DNA of 64,000 bases from Lama glama (taxonomy: Eukaryota): NCBI GenBank assembly GCA_028534125.1, contig CM052816.1, forward strand, positions 45,882,001-45,946,000, written 5' to 3'. This document shows, piece by piece, positions 53,700 to 64,000 of this stretch (position 1 is its first letter; each line of letters opens with the position of its first letter). A program made the position numbers and the translations under genes. The notes beneath the pieces were generated by a model. The model was given only the letters and a program-made list of their open reading frames with translations, did not search any database and was not told where the DNA came from.

Positions 53700-54620
53700 G
53701 GGTTCAGTGAAGCCTAGCATGACATTAATTATCTCTGCAGTCTCCCACTCATGGAGACTTCTAAACTTTTCTCTTTTCACTCATGTCGCTGCCCTGCTCA
53801 ATCTTTCTTTCCTTGAATCTGTTTTACATCGTGCTTCAGACACAAGATCCTCCATTCTGAGTGAGCCCTCAGCAAGTAATACTTAGTTTTGTAAACTATG
53901 CTTTTCTTTGGAAAATCCTAACTTAACACATCTCACCCTCTTGAACACACACAGCCACACACATACAGTTCAAGGCAGTCAAGTTATTTAACTCAAGATG
54001 TCTGTTTTCTCAACCTTGTATTGAATCCATCCTTCATTCCATCACATTTGCCCCTTCCTTTCCATTCTTAACAATTGTCTCCTACTTTAGGGTCTCAGTC
54101 CTTCCGGCTGAGATTCTGGTAATTGTCCCTGGTACATTTACTTACTCTTTCCACTCTCCTCAGCCTATCCTCTCCGGGATTTATTTTACCATCTACACAC
54201 TATTGTGGATTCATTTAATTAAGACATCACTTTTATCAAGTTACTCCATCACTTGAACACCTGCAGAGGTTTTAGTATGAGCCACAGGCTTAGCACCAGG
54301 CCAGCTTTATGGGCATATGGTCTGTGTAGTCACGCAGGAACCTGAACTGAGAAGGGCCCTATGTTTGGTTTCATGTTCTGCTGTCACTGCCTTGAAATTC
54401 TTAGTAATTTTGAGCAAGGTGAGCCACATTTTCATTTTGTTCTGGGCCCCTCAAATTATGTATCCATTCCTTCTTGGCATTGGAGTCCTTCCTAAATTCA
54501 CCTCATCTCAAGTAGGTTTCTTGCTAGTCTCATTTTTTCTCATTTTCACACCAAAGTTTTATTCATTCTGTTCTTTGTGACTGACACAGAATAGGTGCAT
54601 GATAAATAATTTGTTATGAG
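53700..54620 (+). mobile_element. Decayed L2 remnant interrupted by MER91
   Basis: Pyrimidine-rich L2-like text ending GACACAGAATAGGTGCATGATAAATAATTTGTT. Confidence 0.5.
54297..54470 (+). mobile_element. MER91A-like hAT-Tip100 element
   Basis: CAGGCCAGCTTTATGGGCAT...AGAAGGGCCC...CTGCTGTCACTGCCTTGAAATTCTTAGTAATTTT...CATTTTCATTTTGTTCTGGGCCCCTCAAATTATGTA. Confidence 0.8.
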
Positions 54621-55374
54621 TGAAATATAATTTGAAAAATTTACTTTACATTTTTTAAGTCAATTGTAAAAATTTTTTCTGCCACAGTTTTCTCTGAGAA
54701 ACTGCATTTCAAAATCTTTTTTTTTTTTTTTGAACATCCTCTGTACCTATTTTTTTTTTAAGTCGGTTGTCCTGGCCATATGTATTAGTTTATGCTTGAG
54801 ATAATTATAAATTGAGCTAGAGGACTGTTTTGGGCTCCCCACTTACATACCAAAGTTCTGTTCAGGCAGAGCTAGAGCTGAATTTCTTTGTTAATTAATA
54901 AGGAGCATCCAGTGGCAGCATTCCGCCTACTGTCTTAGAAAGCTTATCACATTACCCTAGTTGCTAGGAATGCTAGACATAATTTGAGATTCATTGTAAC
55001 CATATCAGAAAAAAATCAAGAATCCAAGGTTAGTCTAGAAAGAACTTGATTTGTCAGTACTCATAGGTGAATTGTTACTAGATGGCAAAAGTTCACTAGA
55101 AGAAAACATAAGCTACCTCCTAGATAAAGACAGTTGAGTGTAGTGGCAAGGTGAATTACCTGCTCCTGCTCACTTCCCTTGCTTCTTGGCCATGGAATGT
55201 GGGCATTTACAAGGTCCTGTCATGAAAGGGCAGAGATCTAAAAGAAGGACATGCAACAAGAGCCTGAAGGAAAGATTTTTTTTTTGAAGCATACATTACA
55301 GTAGATACTACTTCCACTCCTGTTACCTTTTATAGAAATATAATAATCCCAGTTTACTTTCAACTACATTGGTC

Positions 55375-55658
55375 TTTACTTTTTATTGTATTTCATTTCT
55401 TTATAGTATAACATATACACAGATGGTTCAATACAACATACATACAAGATTAATTGTTCCACAAATTACATGATTAAATTTTCACAAATTGAATGTATTT
55501 TCATAGGCCAGAGCCTGACTAGCACCGACTAGAACCCTAGAGGCCCCTCTCATACTTCCTTACAATCACAGTCCCCTCAGAGTTAAGTCATATTCTGATT
55601 GCTAGGATCATAAATTAGTTTTGCCTGAGTTTGAACTTTAGATAAATAGATAGGAAAA

Positions 55659-55707
<49 letters not shown>

Positions 55708-55957
55708 CTTTTATATATATTTCTTCCTTTTCAGAGGGTCTCTTACCAGTAGACCTGCTATAAATATTCTTATACATGTCTTTTATGTCTTTGGTGAACG
55801 TAAGTACACATTTCTTTAGGGTACACAACTGAGGGTAGATTTGTTGAATCATGGAGAATTGCTGGGCTATTGGTTATAAACATGTTCTATTTTAGAAAAC
55901 ATAACCAGTCAGTGGTTATACCACTTTGACTCCCATCAACAATGTATGAGAATGATT
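55375..55957 (-). mobile_element. L1 3' UTR fragment (L1MB/L1ME-type)
   Basis: CATAAATTAGTTTTGCCTGAGTTTGAACTT, GCTATAAATATTCTTATACATGTCTTT, CCCATCAACAATGTATGAGA. Confidence 0.75.
55663..55701 (+). repeat. (AT)19 microsatellite
   Basis: Seen directly. Confidence 0.95.
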
Positions 55958-58924
55958 TTTACCTTATCACAAGTTACCACAAGGTCTCAGAGAACTACAA
56001 ATACTAAAGTGAAATTCTGGCACCAAAACAATTGTCTATTGCCTCTGCTTTGTCCCTTAACAGTTTTATTTTTGTTTGTCTTGTCTTTCCAATTATATTT
56101 TGAGATACCAAAGGAAATCAAAATAACTTTGCCTTCTCTAACATATTCCACAATGCTAGGCATTTATTAAGTTTGAATCTATTCCAAAGTTGCAAATTTT
56201 TTGAAATATTTGAGATAACCTACTTAAAATTAAAAAAAAAAGTATAAGCAATTTCCCTGTGAGGGAAAGTGAAGACTTTAAAAACAGTTTATATTTGCCA
56301 ACACATAAATACTACATTGAGTTTTATTACTTTATTCCTTCTTCTTAAATGATTGCCTAAACTTTACTCTTCTAAATTTCCATTTTTTCAGCTGAATGGC
56401 AAGGATACATTTCCTTAAAAGCAGTAATTGCCAGTTATCCTGCCATCCATAGGTATTGCTGTCTTGTACTGTAAAACAGTCCATATGTAGGAAATTGCTT
56501 TGGAGTTCTTGGGTCATCAACCTGCTATTAAAATGGTTCCATAATTCATGTTAAAGCTCTGTGTTAGGTTAGACAAAATTCCCAGTTATTGTCAAAAATG
56601 TTTCTGACTTTCAGTCAGAACTATGCCATGAGTTTTGAAAAACATGTTGAAAGGAAAATGAGAAATGGTGCCTGGGCTTGCGTCATATCTACATAAACAT
56701 TTTTTTTTAAGCTCTACTCTGACACAGGCGATCTTGTTTGAAGCCAGTGTAAATCATTGTAAAGTTGTGGGAAACCTTTGCTTGGCCATGAATGAAACAA
56801 GCACATGGCATTTATATCAGGAAAGCAAAGAGTTTAGAAGCAATTGAGACCCAAGACTGGGCAGGATTGTGTGGTGGAGAGTTCTGTAATTCTTGGTTCT
56901 TTTCCTCTCAAGCACATGCATACTGACATATCTTTAAAACTTCAGAGAAGAACTAACTCATGCCTTTCTATAAAAGAGCCTACGATTTGTTAAGGCACAA
57001 GATGCACAGTATTTTGAAAATTCTAAAATAGCTTGTGCACTTTTGTTTCTTCACAGTACGAGTACAACTGGAAGTTCCGAATCAGGAGGGTAAATGCAAT
57101 GCAGTTTAAAAAATATTTGAGAAATAGTAAAGGAAATACAGATTAATTACCTAGGATTCTGTTATCATGTCCTACTCAAGTTACCATTAACCATAGCACT
57201 GCAGGTAATTTACTTAGGGTCTAGATGCCTGCTGGTGTAGAAAACTGGAAGAGATACCAACCATCTCAAGACGTTAGACAGGGTGGTATAATGAGGTCCT
57301 ATTTTTACTGAATTTTTCCCAAACCTGAATCAAATGTATAGAAACACAGCAGATCATCCAGTAGTACTGTTGAGTCTCCTTATTCTACAATTCTGGAAGC
57401 AGAGATCCAAATAGATTGATCTGATCATTTATTCAACAAACAAGTATTAAATGTTTGCTATCACAATTCAATGTTATAATAGCAATAATAAATGCATTTT
57501 TATGGTGGTCCTGCCAAAGAGGAGAGATTAAGTCTTTGAGTTAGTGTCAGGGTTCAGTGCTTTACTGTCCCCCTTGGGGCAATAGCTCATGACTCCAAAT
57601 TCCTCGTTATATTCTTTTTTACTCTGCCATGTAGCTTACACTTTTGGATTAGAACATGTAAGTTGTATTCTATGTAACTTGAAGAGATATTCTTCACAAG
57701 AATAAAACATGTCCTTTAAGGGGCACTAGCTTAACCTTACTATGCATTGCTGAATTGGTTTTCTCTTCATTGTAAATATCTCTTGAAGAATATTCTTGAA
57801 TTTCTGTTTTTTAGTAAACTATGGCCCACTGGCATTATATGATATCCACTATAATAATTCATAGAAAGCACAAGGAAAATATGTCTACTTTTTTGTGGTT
57901 TGCAGTGTGTATATACAGGTTTACTGAAATTGTGTGCAGCTTATATTCTAGAATATATTTCAATTTAAGTCTTTCTCATGTGAAGGAGATAAAGTTGGTA
58001 AATGCATTTTACTTATAAAAGCATGTATATCAGTTTATATCTTATTTTAAAACACCAGTAATTTTAATGGATTCTACTTTTTTCTTTTTAAACCATCAAA
58101 CAATTGCTTCAGCATGTTTCTCTATTGATGTGGTGCTCATAAAATAGAGTTGAAATAGCATCTTTCTGTTCAATATAGCCCTCATACTCAGACAAGTGGG
58201 GCCCTGGCCCTATATTTTAGAAGGCTGTAATGATTATAAACACAAACATGCAAACTTTACTAGGGAACACAGGCACATCAGCTTCATGGGATGGGGCGCT
58301 TATTTCTGGCACAGCTCTGTAGATGTCCTCAAGCATTTACTCTCATGATGAGCATAGTGCAGGCCCCAAGGAAATGCTTTTCCACATTTGTTGCCTTTTT
58401 CTTTTTTGAAATAAAAGGTAACTGTGTCCAAATGATACAAAGGTTTGTAAGTGGTGTCACTGCCCACAAGTTAGAATGTACAAGGATTTGAGTCGGGGTT
58501 ACCTAAGGTAAGAAATAAAATTTTACATAAGCAAGTATTTTTTCCCAGTTGGGTCAAGGATTCATTTTCTTGCTTCTCTTTGTATTTTAATTTGTGATTC
58601 TGGAGAGACCACGAATTAGCAAATGTGGACAACTATTCAATATTAGTTAACTATTGAAAAGACTGGAGAATAGATATACTATTTTTAAGAGGTTTTAGGT
58701 TTATTTATGGTATGTGGGTCTGATTTACACTCTTGCCTTGAACCGCTAATTAAATGTTGCTTAAGATTTAACTTGCCAAAAAAAAAAGAAAAGAAAAGAA
58801 AAAGAAAAAAAAAAAGACAATGTCTAAACTATGCCAGATGTCTGGAAGAAAAAAAGAAATTTCAGTTACAAACATTAGTTACTGGCATTCAGGACATTTC
58901 ATGGTATCATCCTGGATATCTTTC

Positions 58925-59330
58925 AGCATTATTACCAGAACTGACCCTGAGGCAAGAATTTGTGTACTTAGGATGTATTAAGGCAGAAATCCCAGGAAAA
59001 TTTAGTAAGGGAGAAGGGGAGTGGGCAGAGGAGGGGAAGAGTCAAAAACTGAGGGTACAGTGTCAGGCGGGTAGAACCTCAGTCTGATTCCAGGGGGGCT
59101 CTCGAGTGTAAATTACACATTGCTGTTGGTGCTATGATCAGCAAGGGAGCTGGATTCTCATACTCTGGCACCAATCAATCATTGGCTGGGGCAGCAGAGA
59201 AGGAGTGGCAAAATAAACTCCTAGGAGCTTGTTCTTCTCTACTTTGCTGGTAAAGCAGCTCCAGTAACTTGAGGTCAGTTCTCCAAAGGTAAATGTAGAA
59301 TTTCGGTGGGTCACTGACAATATCTGCTAC
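58925..59330. mobile_element. ERVL LTR (LTR16-like)
   Basis: GACCCTGAGGCAAGAATTTGTGTAC, GGGGGGCTCTCGAGTGTAAATTACAC, GCAAGGGAGCTGG, CAATCATTGGCTG, ACTGACAATATCTGCTAC. Confidence 0.7.
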
Positions 59331-60679
59331 CTCTGCTTCTTTCCCATATGCTCTTGTGAGAAAGGTGGAGACCTCTTCCTCTCTTAAAGACTTTGCTACA
59401 CTGAAGCATAATAAGTGTTCTGAGAAGGCCACTGTAAATAGAACTGGTTAAATCAAGCGTTGCATAAGGTAATGCACCTAGGAGACATTTTGTCACGTGT
59501 CTCTCAGCATCCAGGCGAATACATTTTAAGGAATACTTTTCTAAGATTTTTATGATTTCTCTCATGTTTCCCCAGTAAACTATATGCTGTCTTTTACCTT
59601 TCTGGTTTAATTTATGATAGCCCCTTTGTCTGGAATATACTTTTCTCTTTAGAAGAAATGCTGTAAGAAGCTTTTATCCCTCTTATAACACATATCACAA
59701 ACTACAGATGTTTCTGTTTCTTGGTTTTTTTGTTTTGTTTTCAGTTACTTATGCATGCATTACCTCCTTGCTTCTCTACTCCCCCGTATCACCCACAAAG
59801 GTAAGATAGTATTTAGACTTCTAAGTACAGTGTTCATAACTACTACAAAGAACAGCTAGGAATGGGTAACTAATAACTATATATTAAACTGACCTAATTA
59901 AATGTTGCTTAAGATTTGATACTGATTTATTTTCCCAAATTTTCATCTGGGTACGTATCTGGGAAAGGAAAATTTGAAGTTAATATCAATACTGAGTGTT
60001 TCCCAAGCCAAGAAGAAATAAAAATCCAACACAGTTGAGCCTCTTTAGGTGGGTAATATGTGCTAAATCAAAGTGGTAATCTAATTCTGAGGAAGTTATC
60101 AACAGTGAACACAGGAAAATGGTGCCAAGGAGTTAGGTATATAGATAGATTTCTCACCAGTTTTGAGGATATCGATAGTACATACTGACATAAAAATGAT
60201 TTAAGTAAATATTAGCCTTAAGATATTACTATCTGTTAAAAAAATTGAAATGCTTTTATTTATTTTCAATAGAAAAAGCATATATAATTTGATGACCAAA
60301 GTTCAAAAAAGGCAAAGATTTTACATGTTTAATTCAATGATAATCATAGAGCATATGTAAATACAATTTTCAGGGAGAAAATTGAACCAAATTACTATGG
60401 GGGGCTGTTGTACCTTCCAGTTTTATTCTAAGTTTATTGATAGGGATTTCATTAGAACCCAGTGTTTTTACTAGAGATTATATGTCACGCAATCGGCAGG
60501 GATTTGCCTGAGGAGTGGGATGAGAAGTCAGCAGTGACCTGAGGAGACGGAGCATGCTGAGGCCTGCTGGGGCATGCTACCTGGGACGGTGCTTAGAAAC
60601 CAGCCATCCCTCAGCCCAGCCGCTGTAGGTGATTTATTTCATGTCTCCCTCCAGGGACCTCACCTGCTCCATGCCTTCA

Positions 60680-61630
60680 CTGTCACTTAGGTTCATGACC
60701 TGAAACCTACATCTCTAACTCTGAACTCACTCACAGGGACAAAACTAATATATAGTTAAAATTGGTCACATTTTCTGCCTCAGCATCTCAAATTCAAGCT
60801 ATCCCAAACCAGACACGTTAATTCCTCTGAATTCTGTTTCTACTGTAACTCCTCTGGTTAATTTTCTTGCTACCTATAGTTGCCCATGTTACATGCCTTT
60901 TAAAATCTTTTTTATTCTTCTGTCTTTTTCAGATCCCACATCCAGTTAGTTTTAGATTATTTTATGTTACTTTCTAACCTCATCTTTACCTCTGTTTACA
61001 CAATTCCCCTAGTCCAGGTTCTTATTCATTCTAGAATATTGAAAAAATCCTTCTGACTGGTCATTCCAACTCAGTGTCTCTCCTCTCAAATTTATCTTTT
61101 CAGTACTATCAAGGTTATTTTCCCAATATTAAGATGACTTAGATTGTGTAACACCTTTGTTTAAAACAGACAGACTCCTGAGTACACAGCAAACACCTTT
61201 GATATCTGCTCCCTGCTTACAGTCCTTTGCCTGCAGGACTCCCTGCTTATCTGTTCTCAATTATTAAGTCAATTTTTCCAGCTATTTTTCAATATCATAT
61301 CTCTTTATGTCATATTAGAAATCTCTTGCCTTTTCCAGATATTTCCAGGTATTCCATATACTTTCATACCTTCACACTCTTACCACTGCTTAAAATGATC
61401 TTCCATGTATACTACCTCCATCTGGTGAAACCACACTTACTTTTTAAGATGCAGGTAAACTCTTATTTTTTATATTTTTTATATAAAAACTTTCCTGATC
61501 ATTCCATCATCTCTGATTCTAAAACATTTTGCCTGTAAATAGTACTTGACATATATTAAAGTGAGTTGCATATTTATCTTGATCTTATTCATCTTTGTAT
61601 CATTAAAGCTCAGTAAATGCTTAAGAAATT
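60680..61630 (+). mobile_element. L2 LINE remnant
   Basis: CAGCATCTCAAATTCAAGCTATCCCAAAC, CCCACATCCAGTT, CCTTCTGACTGGTC, terminal GCTCAGTAAATGCTT. Confidence 0.7.
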
Positions 61631-63564
61631 TTCATCGAACTGAATTATTCAACTTAAATCAGGAAGAATCTAATTTAAGTAGAATATGGTCTCAGAAGTG
61701 TCTGAGTTATAGAAGTAGGTGAGTGAATGTTGAGGTTTATATTTAGACTAAGGGATAACTCAGGTGATATTTTAGATTTACCCAGAGCCATGGGGTTTAT
61801 TTTTGTGTTCCTACTGATGTCACGAGAAACACACACTTCAGATTTGCCTCAGTTGATTTCAACAAGCATTCATTTAGTGGTTTATTTAGAATTTACTGTG
61901 ATTCTACCATCCATAAAATGCAAGTAACAAGTCTTGTCCTCTATACTGTCAAAGACATTTGTCAGGGCCTAGTTAAATATTTGATGACTGAAGGGAAAAA
62001 AAAGAAGTTTCCACACGTGCTTTGTTAGAATATTCCCTCATCTAAGGTATCTTACATTTTAGGCATAATTTTGCATACAATTCAAGGGAAAAAAACCCCA
62101 AGCAATCACCCAATCAAATATACAAAAACAGTAACAACCACAACTACGAAGTAATGTCTGCCTCCATACACACTGCTGTTTTTGAATTATATAAATATCA
62201 GAAGACAAGTAACTCGTATGTTCCCAAGTATCTCAGATACATCACATCCTTCTATATCAATCTCAGTTGTGAGTACTGGATCTTTAGGTGAAATAGTAGG
62301 GTCAAGCCTTTTGCAATGTTTAAGCGACTGGCACAGTTCTCCTGCATGTTTTGACCACAGTGTAAAATTTCCCTACAGTGTGACAATTGACATTCTTCAC
62401 AGGAGAAGCGATTACCATCTGTCATGTGACTGCTCTGAGGATAATGAGAAGCCTCGGACTTGTGGGTTGCAAAGAAATGACTTTATTCCAAGTAAAATAA
62501 ATCTAAATAACACAAATGCAGTGGGAGTGTTTGCTAAATATTTCTGGAGCCTCTTAAGGAGCTTTGGGAAAAATGAATCATGTTAGTAATAATTTTTTTC
62601 TCTGTCTCCTAACTCTGACAATTTAAAAATATCATACAGGCAGGACCTGCGTTTTAAACTATACCTGTACTACTAGGAGGGTGTCCTCAGGGCTTTGCCT
62701 GCAGGGAGGTCACTGGGAGTCAGTGCAAATCAGTCAGGTTGCCTCACTGGCAGCAGGTTACCTCCAGGACCCTCAAGGCACAGGCAGATTTTAGAATAGC
62801 AGAAACACTACCAATGTGTTGAAACAAAACAAAGTAAGATTGTTTATTATCTTCTTTAAAAGGAGGGCAAGATTTTTCTCGAAGTCTTTAACCCTCTGCT
62901 CTTATCCAGCAGATGTGATCACTGAGCCAGCAGGCTGTGTCTATTCAGGGCTCATCACAGGGAGCTGTAATGGGTTGAGTTTAAAGGAAAGATAAAATCT
63001 TCACCCTGAAGTTCTACTTTCTGTCAAACCTTTTAATGTAATCTTAACATCCATTCTGTTTAATAATCTTTTGTCCAGGAGACATAAATAAAGCATAAAT
63101 ATGTGTCTGACTGCAATGAATTAGTTTCCAACATAAGGAATCCTTGCCAAGATTCTGTAGTGATCTGGTCAATGTAGATAATGTGGTGCATTAGAGCAGT
63201 AGCTGGCAGTTCATTGTTCTATGAATAGATATAGATTTAACATTTATGGGATGCTTTGAAAAGGATGGAACAAAGCAATGAGTAGCTGGCAGTCCGTGGC
63301 GGGTTTGATTTTAGTTAGTTATTTCATATCAGGTCAGTAAATCTTTTGTTAGTAGGAATAAAATTTGTACTTAAATATCAAAAAAAAATGTGCTTTTCTT
63401 TGCATGTATACTTTTGCCTAAACATTGTTAATCCTATATATAAATAACTTAAAAGTAATTAAAAGCCCTATTTTCACCCTATGCATTAATTTAATTTTTT
63501 TCTTGAGTGGAGGAAAATGTTTGCTTTGTGTTTCCCCTAGGAAAGTTAAATCATCCAAGGTTAT

Positions 63565-63728
63565 TGAAAAGGCATTGACATTGAGGCTGGGAGTTGTGTT
63601 CTAGTCTTGCTGTGGCCATTATTTGACTTTGGGCAAGTCACTTACTCTCTCAAGTTTACGGTTCCATCTTCAGTATTTGAAGATTTCAGATCCCTGATCA
63701 CCAAAATTCCTTTCAGCTCTAGAATATT
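63565..63728 (+). mobile_element. MIR/MIR3 SINE
   Basis: TGACTTTGGGCAAGTCACTTACTCTCT core; TCCTTTCAGCTCTAGAAT tail. Confidence 0.75.
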
Positions 63729-64000
63729 ACAAAAAACATCAAGATAATGATCTTGTCTTTCACCATCCTGAGTTGGTCATGCAAAGGATTCAGGCCTGTT
63801 TACATATTGTGGCTTACATTTATTAGTGATTCTTTTATGGTACTTGGTTTTAATTAAGTTTTCAAAAATTGTCTTAATTAAGGTTTGCTTATGTTTCTTG
63901 TTGGAATTCAATAACTGATGTGAGTTGTCCCTGTCTCTGAAATGATTATTCACGTTTCTTTTTCATCTATGTCCTCTTCTCAAGGCTGAGGCTTGAGTAT

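Noticed and set aside
58418..58507. 90-nt segment between an AG and AAG|GTAAGA
   Set aside because: Stops in all three frames and looks like an antisense MIR core
58707..59087. 126-aa ORF with a basic K/R run
   Set aside because: The K/R run is the A-rich tract and the rest runs into an LTR16-like element
1..64000. CRISPR arrays, operons, tRNA/rRNA genes, CpG island promoter
   Set aside because: No regularly spaced repeat-spacer array, no long ORFs, no recognisable structural RNA and CpG is depleted throughout; this is mammalian non-coding DNA

Overview
AT-rich, CpG-depleted eutherian mammal DNA that looks intergenic or deep-intronic. It is dense in old interspersed repeats: L1M-type LINEs, L2, MIR, MaLR/ERVL/ERV1 LTRs and hAT-family MER elements. 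I found no Alu, B1/B2 or other young tRNA-derived SINE, and an L1 5' end resembles laurasiatherian families, so a non-primate, non-rodent source is likely (inference). No protein-coding gene, RNA gene, CpG island or CRISPR array is supported; the ORF track is chance ORFs, microsatellite translations and decayed L1 ORF2 pieces. I did not find a convincing novel biological system. The best leads are a young 605-bp solo LTR with a perfect 6-bp target-site duplication (TSD) at 52727-53331, a perfect 24-bp repeat next to an ATTAAA/poly(A) signature, a well-bounded 56-nt exon candidate, a recursive-splice-like AG|GTAAG site, a triple p53/p63-type half-site array and a PBX-MEIS/TCF motif cluster. Repeat family names come from recalled consensus sequences, not from a search, and most boundaries are approximate.
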